Shown in pieces: positions 18,978-28,614 of a stretch of DNA of 64,000 nucleotides. Within the stretch, counting starts at the first letter, position 1. Every line of letters begins with the position of its first letter. Position numbers and translations under genes: made by a program. The stretch is taken from the NCBI GenBank assembly GCA_019058425.1, contig JAHPYZ010000011.1, forward strand, positions 5,032 to 69,031. Reading direction: 5' to 3'. Origin of the DNA: Promethearchaeota archaeon. Lineage in GTDB: Archaea > Asgardarchaeota > Lokiarchaeia > Sigyniarchaeales > SOKP01. The notes under the pieces were generated by a model that worked only from the letters and a program-made list of their open reading frames with translations, was not told the DNA's origin and ran no database searches.

Positions 18978-18982
18978 GAAAA

Positions 18983-20299
18983 ATGGTATTAAATTGGACA
19001 CCTGAAATCATTGTAGAAATATTCACAAGTTCGATTATTTTAATAGCTACACTATTAATGTTCATTACACCGAGAACAAAGAATATTAAATCATTGTCGT
19101 TTATCAGAGTAGCTCTCTTTTTCATGGGTATGCTTTTTGCGCTAGATTTGCTAGCAAATCTTTATTTGAACCAATTTCTTTCCCGAATTTGTGGACTTAT
19201 GCTATTTCCTAGTGCAGTGTTCTTTGCAATTGGTATAAACTATACAATTAAAGAAACATTTAATTCCCCATTCTTGCTTATAGCTGTGGGTTTAGGTATT
19301 TTATACACTTACTTAGCATTTCAACCTGGGGCAGTTAGATTTGAAATTGAGGGAGATTATTTAAATTTGAATTGGATTGGCTTATACGAATTAGGGGGTT
19401 TAATTTTCATATTCTTTGTTGGGAGTGCTTCATTTTATTGGGGATTAAAAACTTGGTTAAATGCTCCATTTTTAATTAGAAGAGAAGCGTCCATTTTTTT
19501 CCTTGGTACTTTAATAAATGGCCCCTTAACTCTACTTATTTACACCTTTTATTATTGGAATCCAATTTTTATTTTGTTTGCCTACGCAACTACTGGTTTA
19601 GGAAACTTATTTGTTTGTCTTGGTATATTAATGGAGCCTAAACTCTTATATATTTTACCATTTACAGTTAATAGGATTGTTGTAAGAGATCGAAATGGTA
19701 ATGCATTATATAATTATGATTGGTCTCTTTCTAGTTTAAGGGAATCAGTTTTTACTGGATTTCTAAATGCAGTACAACTTATGAGCGATGAAGTAATAAA
19801 TATGGGAGGGTTGTTGGATATAAAATTAGAAGAAGGGATATTAACATTATATGAATCGGATTTAATCTCAGTTGGATTATTATCGTCCAAATCTTCGAAA
19901 CTATTAAGAGAATGTGTTGTGGGGTTCTCAATGGAATTCCAAATTATTTTTGAAAAGGAACTTAAGCAATCATGTGTAAATCAAGCGAAATATGAGTCTG
20001 CATATGATTTGATAGAGAAATACTTCTCCAACTTTCCTTATAAAATGATTACTAGCAAAAAACAATCTCTGATTTTATCAGGTGAATATACAAAAATACC
20101 TTTAGAGTTGGAAAGTAATTTTAAAGAGATTTTCCAAAATGAGATGGAATATAATTTCATTAAAATTGAACTTCAAAAGTCTCCTTTAAACCAAAGCTCA
20201 GAGTTTTTTTCATTATATAACGATTTAGAAAATGAAGCGCGAGAAATGGTTGAAGATAATTCAAAATCTCTGGAATATAAACTCCATGATGAACTTTAA
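18983..20299 (+). CDS. 7-TM membrane protein fused to a cytoplasmic longin-like domain
   Basis: Seven hydrophobic helices in residues ~7-217, then LYILPFTVNRIVVRDRNGNALY...VFTGFLNAVQLMSDEV longin pattern. Confidence 0.75.
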   Translation: MVLNWTPEIIVEIFTSSIILIATLLMFITPRTKNIKSLSFIRVALFFMGMLFALDLLANLYLNQFLSRICGLMLFPSAVFFAIGINYTIKETFNSPFLLIAVGLGILYTYLAFQPGAVRFEIEGDYLNLNWIGLYELGGLIFIFFVGSASFYWGLKTWLNAPFLIRREASIFFLGTLINGPLTLLIYTFYYWNPIFILFAYATTGLGNLFVCLGILMEPKLLYILPFTVNRIVVRDRNGNALYNYDWSLSSLRESVFTGFLNAVQLMSDEVINMGGLLDIKLEEGILTLYESDLISVGLLSSKSSKLLRECVVGFSMEFQIIFEKELKQSCVNQAKYESAYDLIEKYFSNFPYKMITSKKQSLILSGEYTKIPLELESNFKEIFQNEMEYNFIKIELQKSPLNQSSEFFSLYNDLENEAREMVEDNSKSLEYKLHDEL

Positions 20300-20548
20300 A
20301 GTTATAGATTGAAAAAATCAATGATTAGAATTATATATTAATACTATAGGCAATTCAAAACTAATATAAAAAATGGAAAATTGACAATTATGTAAAAGAA
20401 AAAGTTATTATATATTTATATACTAAAATAGATTACATATTATTCGTAATTTACGTTTAGTAAAGGAATCCTCTTCAATATATTGAACCCTTAAAAGAAG
20501 AAGTTTATTTATCTAAATTAAATAAATATAAAAAAAGGCGTAAGAATA

Positions 20549-21847
20549 TTGTTAAATTGGACTACTGAAGTAATTGTTGATTTCATAGTAGGAACAATTA
20601 TTTTCTTAGCCTTAATAATAACCCATTTTGAGCCTAAAATCAAAAAACTCAGATCAATCCTCTATATTAGGATAGCAATATTTTTTATGATGCTAGTTTT
20701 TTACATCGATGCTTTGAGTATTCTTTATTTAAATATCACTTTGTCACGATTCAATGCATTTAACATTGCCTTCACCTCTATTTTTCTCTTAATGGGAGTT
20801 AATTACATCTCGAGACAAACCTTCAATTCAATCTTTTTAATTATTAATTGTTGTTTAGGAACATTAATGGTTTATTTAGCTTTTCAAGCAGATTCAATTA
20901 AACTTGTAACTGAATTTGGATACTTAAATATAAAGTGGATTAGAGCTCTTGCATTAATGGATATTATTATATCTCTTAACCTAGTAGTAGTATTACTATA
21001 TTGGGGTTTTAAAACTTGGGTAAATTCGCCTTTTTTAATTAAAAAAGAGAGTTTAATATTCTTAATAGGGATACTCTTTATAGGACCAATCTATCTCATT
21101 TTCTATATACTCTACTATTTAAATATCCTATTTGTTACAATTGGGGATCTTTTAATGGGTCTGGGAACTTTAATATTTTGTTTCGTTATAGGAAGAGAGC
21201 CAAAGTTATTGTATATACTCCCTTTTACAATTCATAGAATTGTAGTAAAAGATAGAAATGGAAATCCTTTATATGATCATGATTGGTCTCAATCAAATAT
21301 AAATGAAACGATATTTACTGGATTTTTAAACGCAGTTCAACTTATGAGTGAAGATGTAATGCAAATTGGAGGTTTATTCGATATAAATTTGGAAGATGGT
21401 ATTCTTATTTTACGAGAATCTGCACAGATCACAGTCGGTCTTGTCTCATCGAAATCCTCAAAATTGTTGAAAGATTCAGTAGTTAAATTTACAGCAGATT
21501 TTGAAAAAAAATTTGAACGTGAATTAAAAAAGTCAATTAAGGATATGACTCAATATGAAGGGGCATATGAACTTATAGAAAAATACTTTTCAAATTTTCC
21601 ATATAAGACTATTAAAAGTAAAAAACAACCCATATTTCTTACAGAGAGATATACTAAAATTCCTTTAGAATTAGAGAATAAACTTCGTACAATTTTTAAT
21701 GATGAAGAAGAATATGAAGCTATTAAAGCTGAATTAATAAAATCTCCCCTTTCTTTTATTTCAGAGTTTATCAGACTCCATGATCAATTAAAAGATGAAG
21801 TAAAAGGGATTTCATCTGAAGATATTAAATATCTAAATGAGAATTAA
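20549..21847 (+). CDS. 7-TM plus longin-like protein, tandem paralog
   Basis: Collinear with 18983-20299: WGFKTW, EPKLLYILPF, IFTGFLNAVQLMSE, YTKIPLELE. Confidence 0.75.
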   Translation: MLNWTTEVIVDFIVGTIIFLALIITHFEPKIKKLRSILYIRIAIFFMMLVFYIDALSILYLNITLSRFNAFNIAFTSIFLLMGVNYISRQTFNSIFLIINCCLGTLMVYLAFQADSIKLVTEFGYLNIKWIRALALMDIIISLNLVVVLLYWGFKTWVNSPFLIKKESLIFLIGILFIGPIYLIFYILYYLNILFVTIGDLLMGLGTLIFCFVIGREPKLLYILPFTIHRIVVKDRNGNPLYDHDWSQSNINETIFTGFLNAVQLMSEDVMQIGGLFDINLEDGILILRESAQITVGLVSSKSSKLLKDSVVKFTADFEKKFERELKKSIKDMTQYEGAYELIEKYFSNFPYKTIKSKKQPIFLTERYTKIPLELENKLRTIFNDEEEYEAIKAELIKSPLSFISEFIRLHDQLKDEVKGISSEDIKYLNEN

Positions 21848-22054
21848 GAATACATTATTATAATTTTCAGTAATTTAAAAAACTTAGAAAACATAAAGTT
21901 AGTTTATCTTTAGTATACAATTTTTTAATTTATAGTTTTTGTAGAAATTTGGTCCTATTAAGTTTAAATAATCAGATAATAAAAAAATTCATAACTCAAT
22001 TTTATTAAAAAATTTTAGGGAGTATTAGTAGGCGAAATCCTCCCTTTTAAAGAA

Positions 22055-22636
22055 TTATTGCTTTTCTCTCAAGTAGATACCCTTATCACTCAAATTCAAA
22101 GCAACAATATCTTTTGGTTGGAGATGTTGTAGAATGTTAGTATCAGATTTAGATTGTGCAATAGCAAGAATTTCATCAAATTCGTTAAAAATTAATAAGA
22201 AATCCCCCTTCTCAAGATGAGAGGATGTTTTAACAATCATATTCTTTGAAATATGGTTTCCATATAAAACTGATTTTTCTCCTTTCTTATTAAGATATAA
22301 ACGATTAATATCAGAAAGATTTCCTTGTTTGTATAGAAATTCTGTACCTTCTAAGCTTAAATAAAAATATGATTTTTTGATAAATCCAAAGTATAGATTT
22401 ACTAGATAAATTTTCCCTTTAAATCCATTTAGATCTATTATTTTTTGAAAATCATTGGAAACTAAGTAAACCGTAGGGTAATTAGTTTTCTTTTTTGACT
22501 CAATTATAGAAATATATAATTGCTTTTTAGATTCTATCAAGAATTTTAAAATATTGGGAGAAAATTTAGATAAGGATTCAGAAATGATTTTATTCTCAAT
22601 TTCATTTATTTTTCTGAAAATTGAAGATCTAATCAT
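22055..22636 (-). CDS. nip7: NIP7-like ribosome biogenesis protein (PUA domain)
   Basis: YFGFIKK..FYLSLEG, GEKSVLYGNHI, C-terminal NLSDKGIYLR. Confidence 0.8.
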   Translation of the reverse strand: MIRSSIFRKINEIENKIISESLSKFSPNILKFLIESKKQLYISIIESKKKTNYPTVYLVSNDFQKIIDLNGFKGKIYLVNLYFGFIKKSYFYLSLEGTEFLYKQGNLSDINRLYLNKKGEKSVLYGNHISKNMIVKTSSHLEKGDFLLIFNEFDEILAIAQSKSDTNILQHLQPKDIVALNLSDKGIYLREKQ

Positions 22637-22797
22637 AATCTAATAAAATAGAAAGAATTAAGAAAATTTATAATTATTAATCAATGGAGATTTAAAAAAT
22701 AATACACCTTTAATTAGAGATAAAAAAAAAATAAAATTTCATGTAGAAATTTTGCTTAATAATTATACAAGACCTAATCCAATATTCATTTATTTTT

Positions 22798-23604
22798 CTA
22801 TACTAAATTAAATTCTGTTAATTGGTTCTTCAAATTTTCAGCTAATATCCCTAATTTCTGTGCTGTAGTTGAAATTTCCTCTATTGAAGATGTCTGTTGC
22901 GTTGTAGATGAACTTATTCCCTCTATAGAAGAAGATGTCCTATAGATTTTATTAATAATTTCTCCAATTTTACCGCCTGTGTTTATAACTGCATTTTTTG
23001 ATTCTTCAGCTAATTTCCTTACCTCATCAGCAACTACAGCAAATCCTCTTCCATGCTCACCCGCTCTTCCTGCTTCGATACTAGCATTTAGAGCTAATAG
23101 ATTTGTTTGTTCAGAGATATTGGTTATTAAATCCATTATGACTTGAATTTCATTTGAGGTTTTAACAACATCTCGAGAATCTAAAGCAATATCTTGAGTT
23201 GTTGAGGATATTTCTTCTGATGCGGCATTTACTTCACTAATACTCGCTGCCATTTCTGTAGCGATATTTGCGACAGATACAGAAGTTTGAGAACTAGATT
23301 TTAACAAGGTTTTAATTGTATTCTCTTGACGTAGAATAACTTTAATGATATAGTAAAATGAATAAAAAACTAATGCAACAGCAGGAGGAATCATACATAG
23401 AATAGTAATTAGGTCACTATCAAAAGGATCTAGAGCAAATATCACAAATATCATCAACACAATAATTGCTATAGTCATAATTGAAATTACTCTAAAAGCT
23501 AAAGATTCTCTGTTTAATCCATACTTTCTCTTAAAGAAAATGAATGCTAAGGCAAAGACTCCTACTACCATTAATATTTCATACTCAAGTGGTATTTGAG
23601 GCAT
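22798..23604 (-). CDS. Methyl-accepting chemotaxis-type protein with 3 TM and a short signalling domain
   Basis: [40 protein letters not shown] hairpin-tip signature. Confidence 0.92.
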   Translation of the reverse strand: MPQIPLEYEILMVVGVFALAFIFFKRKYGLNRESLAFRVISIMTIAIIVLMIFVIFALDPFDSDLITILCMIPPAVALVFYSFYYIIKVILRQENTIKTLLKSSSQTSVSVANIATEMAASISEVNAASEEISSTTQDIALDSRDVVKTSNEIQVIMDLITNISEQTNLLALNASIEAGRAGEHGRGFAVVADEVRKLAEESKNAVINTGGKIGEIINKIYRTSSSIEGISSSTTQQTSSIEEISTTAQKLGILAENLKNQLTEFNLV

Positions 23605-24042
23605 TCTTGAAAAGCTCTAATTTGTAAATAAAAATTTCTAATGTTTTTTAAATAAACATAGAAATTACTTTTAAATATTTTTAAATAGAAAATTTACATA
23701 CTCTATAGGATCATGAAGTTATCAATAAATTGAATCATAGTAAAATAAAAATAATATACAGAATTGCCAAATTATTTTTATGATACTTTTTCCATAGTAT
23801 AAGAGATATTAAATCTAGAGAGAGTTTATTATATTCACAGGAATAAGTTTTGTGGAGAGGAAATATAAAATTTTTATATTTAATCATTTAGATAATTCAT
23901 AACAATTAAATTGAAGAACGATTATTATATTATAAGAGTAAATAAATCAAATTAACTAATAGAATAAATTTATATGTGATAAGATAGTTCTGGTAAAATT
24001 GGAATAAAAATACTAAAATTAGAAAAAAGGTAAAAAACAGAA

Positions 24043-24756
24043 ATGGGTATTAGAAAGATTGAAGATGAGATTGACCTAAAAGAAGCTATGAAAAAGAAAG
24101 CTGCCGAATTGAAAATGAAGGACATGCAAGCAAAAGCCTCAGTTGAAAAATTCACTAAAGATAAACTAAGAGACCTTGCTAAGAAACATGGTGTTTTATT
24201 AGCTTTAACTCCCGAGTTAAGAAAAGAAGTAAAAGAATTGCAGAAAAAGTATAATATTCCCTCTTCAAAAATTATTACTGACCAAATAACAGAGCATGAT
24301 GTTTTAAGAAAGTTCTCAAAAATAGATCACCAAAAATTAGGAATGTTAGCATACCAAAGAGTTTTGATGAGTAAAGAGGAAACTGGAGGAATTATCCCGT
24401 TATCAGAAGTCTATGAATTAGTTAATACAGGAATTTTAAATGGTAACATTGAAGTAAAAGATGTAGAAAAATCACTACGACTGCTGAAAAAAACAAAAGT
24501 TATTGATGATATAACCGAATTGGAATCAGGATCAATTATTATAAGATTTTTTCCCATTGAGTATACGAGTGATGAAGCCAAGGTTGTTGATTTAGCTAAA
24601 GAGAAAGGTGTTCTTACTTTAGAAGATGTTTGTACTAATTTAGAATGGTCACAAGATCGAGCTTTAAGATCTTTAGAATCACTCGAAAGAAGTGGTATTG
24701 CTAAATTTAGGGAGAACATCTTAACTGGGAAACAATGGTATTTCCCCTCATTGTGA
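24043..24756 (+). CDS. ESCRT-II Vps22/Vps36-like (EAP30 domain) protein
   Basis: MGIRKI N-terminus; TGGIIPLSEVY...DVEKSLRLL; WSQDRALRSLESL; QWYFPSL tandem wHTH; adjacent to vps25 and vps4. Confidence 0.85.
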   Translation: MGIRKIEDEIDLKEAMKKKAAELKMKDMQAKASVEKFTKDKLRDLAKKHGVLLALTPELRKEVKELQKKYNIPSSKIITDQITEHDVLRKFSKIDHQKLGMLAYQRVLMSKEETGGIIPLSEVYELVNTGILNGNIEVKDVEKSLRLLKKTKVIDDITELESGSIIIRFFPIEYTSDEAKVVDLAKEKGVLTLEDVCTNLEWSQDRALRSLESLERSGIAKFRENILTGKQWYFPSL

Positions 24757-24771
24757 GGAAAATTATTAAAC

Positions 24772-25665
24772 TTATTCTAACTTAATTTTAAACGCTAATT
24801 TTCCATCATCCAACTTTAAGATTTTAGCTTTTCGATTCTTAGCTAAAATCTTGAAAATCTCTTCCAGATCTTCAAGTGGAAGCGAGCTAAAATCTTCTTG
24901 TTTTGCTTCTCTTAATTCATAGATCATGATTGGCTCAATTTTTCCATTCTCATAAGCCCATTTCCATATTTCATCAGACCATACTTCAAGAGTTTTCCAG
25001 TATACTCTCAAACTTTCTTTCTTTTTTGAAAGCCATTTTGCTTGGTTCTGACTTATTAGTTCTTCAGAAATTTCTTTTATGTATTGCTCCCTTTTAGTAA
25101 AATTCATGAATGGTTTATGAGTTGTTAACTCTCTGGTGTAGATTATATGAAGAATAGCAAATCTAGCATAATCAAAAAGAACTTTTGCCCATTCTGTTTT
25201 CCACGAAATATAATCATTTTTGTTTTTGTTTTTATCAGGCATATCATACATGAACTTCTTTCTTTCCTCTTCGAGCCAAGGATATGCTTGCAACAAATTT
25301 TCATAAGCGGTTAGTTTCTTTTCGATTAGACCTTTTTCTCCAATAATTTCTTCTTCAAGGGTTTGTAACTCTGATTCAATTTGATCAGCATGCTTTTGAT
25401 AAACTTTAGTGTCTATCTCCCCTAGCTTGGAGGACAAAATATCTTCAAGTTTATCAAATTGTTCTTCAATAAAATCTAACTCTGTGGCTTTTATTTCATC
25501 TTCCTTAATGATATGCTTTTGTGTAGCTTCTATTTCCAATTGCTCTTTTTCTTGTTTTAATATCTTTAACCTAGCCAGTTCTTTCCTTAATTCCTCTAAC
25601 TCTTTTTCTGCTTTTTCTTTAACTTCCTTTGGAACTTCAGTTGATCTTTCTCTTTGTCTTTCCAT
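24772..25665 (-). CDS. vps25: ESCRT-II Vps25-like protein with N-terminal coiled coil
   Basis: SWKTEWAKVLFDY, VYWKTLEVWSDEIWKWA, MIYELRE; ESCRT context. Confidence 0.82.
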   Translation of the reverse strand: MERQRERSTEVPKEVKEKAEKELEELRKELARLKILKQEKEQLEIEATQKHIIKEDEIKATELDFIEEQFDKLEDILSSKLGEIDTKVYQKHADQIESELQTLEEEIIGEKGLIEKKLTAYENLLQAYPWLEEERKKFMYDMPDKNKNKNDYISWKTEWAKVLFDYARFAILHIIYTRELTTHKPFMNFTKREQYIKEISEELISQNQAKWLSKKKESLRVYWKTLEVWSDEIWKWAYENGKIEPIMIYELREAKQEDFSSLPLEDLEEIFKILAKNRKAKILKLDDGKLAFKIKLE

Positions 25666-25682
25666 ATTAATCGTTTACTTTT

Positions 25683-26894
25683 CTAAAATTCTCCGAATTC
25701 TTCCGCCCATGCATTATATTGTTTTAATAATGCTGCGTTGGTCATCGGTTTTACTTTTTTAAGTGCTTTTTTGAAATCTTTTACTGTAATATCTCTAACC
25801 TTTACTTCTTTATCGGAATCTTCTAGAAGTCCCCCCATATCTAACTCACGTACGGGCATCATTATTACTTCACGACATACATTTGCGATATCTCTTCCAG
25901 AATAACCTTCACTTCTAACTCCTAGTTCAACAAAATCCTCTTTTGTTAATGCTGAATCTACTCCCTCAGTATGGATTTTAAATATTCCGGCCCTACCTTT
26001 TAAATCTGGAAGAGGTACATGCACCCTTTTTTCAAATCTACTTAGCATGGCATTATCTATGTCCCAGGGGCGATTTGTTGCTCCTAAAACCAACAATGGT
26101 TTTCCACGACCTGATTTTAATCCTTGAATTTCGCTTAAAAGCTGAGTTTTAACTCTTCTTTCACCACCACTCTCAGAACCTTCTCCCCGTTTTGTTGCTA
26201 CAGAGTCAATTTCATCCATAAATATTAGACTTGGTGCTTTTAATCTAGCAACTTTAAATAAAGAACTAATTAGTTTTTCACTTTCACCTAACCATTTGCT
26301 TAGTAGATCTGCTGAAGAAGCACTAAAAAATGTAGCATTGCATTCGGTCGCAGCAGCTTTAGCTAATAAGGTCTTACCACATCCTGGAGGACCGAAGAGT
26401 AAGATTCCAGACCAAGGCCTTCTAGCACCTGTAAATAATTCTGGCTTTGCTATTGGCAAAACTATCGCTTCTCTCACTGCTTGTTTTACGTTTTCTAATC
26501 CTGCAATATCATCCCACCTTACATTAGGAGATTCTGTGACAATTGTACCAGATATCATATCAATGAGTTCTTGTTCTTCGGATGATACACTCGTCTCACC
26601 CTTTGATTCATCATCATCCCCTGAAACACCAGGTCTTCTAGATGGTCTCGCGCTTCTAGGTCCACCAAGTTGAGATTTTAATATTTTTGCACGTTCCACA
26701 TATTCCTCTATATTTTTTTGACATAAAGCTCTCATTTGAGGATTTTTGTTATATTTCATGAACTGTATTAGAATTTCGGCAGCTCTATTATATTTATTTA
26801 TAGCTTGATGATATTTTCCTTGACTATCTAGCAAAACAGCCTCTTTTGCTGTTGATACTGCATATTGATAAAGTTTTGAATCTACCGACGACAT
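25683..26894 (-). CDS. vps4: Vps4 AAA ATPase (MIT plus AAA)
   Basis: N-terminal MIT helices; PNVRWDDIAGLE, GPPGCGKT, FMDEID, ATNRPWDID; C-terminal WAEEFG. Confidence 0.95.
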   Translation of the reverse strand: MSSVDSKLYQYAVSTAKEAVLLDSQGKYHQAINKYNRAAEILIQFMKYNKNPQMRALCQKNIEEYVERAKILKSQLGGPRSARPSRRPGVSGDDDESKGETSVSSEEQELIDMISGTIVTESPNVRWDDIAGLENVKQAVREAIVLPIAKPELFTGARRPWSGILLFGPPGCGKTLLAKAAATECNATFFSASSADLLSKWLGESEKLISSLFKVARLKAPSLIFMDEIDSVATKRGEGSESGGERRVKTQLLSEIQGLKSGRGKPLLVLGATNRPWDIDNAMLSRFEKRVHVPLPDLKGRAGIFKIHTEGVDSALTKEDFVELGVRSEGYSGRDIANVCREVIMMPVRELDMGGLLEDSDKEVKVRDITVKDFKKALKKVKPMTNAALLKQYNAWAEEFGEF

Positions 26895-27082
26895 AATAAC
26901 TTTATAAAAACCATTTTATTATTTGTTTTTAATCTAATTTAACAATTAGTAATATTAATAATTTTATCCGCATATATCAAATTTACTCTTTAACCTAATG
27001 AGATTAATGATTGGTCTCCAAAAAATTAAATACTCATCATAGCATTTATATATTAAATAATTACTAATTAGATTTGATAAAA

Positions 27083-27721
27083 ATGGGTTTCTTAAAAGAT
27101 ATTTCTAAGTGGTTATCTGGCGGGAAGAAGGATAAGAATACTGTACGATCTGCTGCCATCAAATTAAAAGTCTTTAATAAGAGATTATTACGACAAGTAA
27201 AAAAATTGGAGATGAGTGGAAAACTAGCAAGAGATAAAGCAGTGAACCTCAGAAAGCAAGGCGACCTTGAAGGATCTAAATTCCATGCAAGGAATTATTT
27301 ACAAATTAAAAAGCAAGGTAGAGCTGTAGAAATGTTCCGTACAAATTTGGAAGGGCTTTTATTCAAACTAGAACAAGCAAATGCAGTTAAAGATGTATCT
27401 GAAATTATGACTGGTATTGCACAATCTCTTTCAACTTTAAAAACTCAGCTTTCTGTACCACAAATGACTGAGATTATGAGCCAAATCGATATTGATATGG
27501 AAGAATTTGCTGTAACTGCAGATATTGCAACAGATGGTATGGATAGTATTAGCATCGATACTGCTGTAACAGATTCAGACGTGTCTGAGGTTTTAGGCGA
27601 AATTGATGCTGAGATCCAAGTAGAAATGGGTGTAGCCTTACCAAGTGCCGCTTCTGGTGCTTCAGATGAAAAGATAGCCGAATTAGAGAAAGAATTAAAT
27701 CGTTTGAAATCAGATGAATAA
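27083..27721 (+). CDS. ESCRT-III subunit (Snf7 family, Vps2/24/46-like)
   Basis: Amphipathic MGFLKDISKWLSGG, basic helical hairpin, acidic C-half, MIM1-like DEKIAELEKELNRLK; divergent from vps4. Confidence 0.88.
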   Translation: MGFLKDISKWLSGGKKDKNTVRSAAIKLKVFNKRLLRQVKKLEMSGKLARDKAVNLRKQGDLEGSKFHARNYLQIKKQGRAVEMFRTNLEGLLFKLEQANAVKDVSEIMTGIAQSLSTLKTQLSVPQMTEIMSQIDIDMEEFAVTADIATDGMDSISIDTAVTDSDVSEVLGEIDAEIQVEMGVALPSAASGASDEKIAELEKELNRLKSDE

Positions 27722-27923
27722 ATTTTTTTTTGTAAATCACTTATTTATTATACTTTTAGTATAAGTATGGCAAGATTGGGTTCTCCTTTTAATATTTAAT
27801 CAATTTCGATTTATATTAGTAATAAAAAAAAATCACTATTTATGTTAAAAAATCATACTTTAGATTAAACTTAAAAATATAACAAATAATTATAGATCTA
27901 ACTATAAAAATAGTGTTAATAGC

Positions 27924-28475
27924 ATGGAATTAAGTTTCAAAGTTATCATAATCGGTCCCGGAGCGGTAGGGAAAACTAGTTTACTTAATAGGTTCGTACA
28001 CAATGAATTTTCCTTAAAATATAAGTTAACTATTGGCGTTGATTTCTTAACCAAAAGTTTAGAATACGAACCTGAAAAATTTGTTAAACTCCACATATGG
28101 GACATAGGAGGGCAAGAAAAATTTAAATTTCTCCATCGTAGCTTTTACGAAGGTGCATTTGGGGCTTTAATTGTCTTTGATCTCTCAAGACATCAAACTT
28201 TTTCAAGTATGAAAGAGTGGCTTTCAGAAATGCGGAGTATAGTAATTAATGATATCCCTAGCGTAATACTTGGAAATAAATCAGATCTAATACCCGAAAT
28301 TGGCCAGACAATAGATAGAAAGGAAGTAGAAGAATATGCTAAAAAGGAAGATTGTCTCTACATTGAAACATCAGCTAAAACCGGAGATAATGTTGAAAAA
28401 GCTTTTCTTGAACTTACACGTCGTATGGTAAAGAAGATAGGAAAACTGGTAACAAAAAGTAAAGAGGATTCATAA
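27924..28475 (+). CDS. Rab-like small GTPase
   Basis: GPGAVGKT, TIGVDF, WDIGGQE, GNKSD, ETSAK; no C-terminal cysteines. Confidence 0.93.
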   Translation: MELSFKVIIIGPGAVGKTSLLNRFVHNEFSLKYKLTIGVDFLTKSLEYEPEKFVKLHIWDIGGQEKFKFLHRSFYEGAFGALIVFDLSRHQTFSSMKEWLSEMRSIVINDIPSVILGNKSDLIPEIGQTIDRKEVEEYAKKEDCLYIETSAKTGDNVEKAFLELTRRMVKKIGKLVTKSKEDS

Positions 28476-28614
28476 AATCTTTCGAGTTATTACATAAACT
28501 AAATTAATACTTTAAATACCTTTAATACAAATTCTTAGCAAAAGTTATTAAAAGATTTATGTCTATTTTAAACTTATTCTACGAATCAAATAAATGCAAA
28601 TATTAGTGATAATT

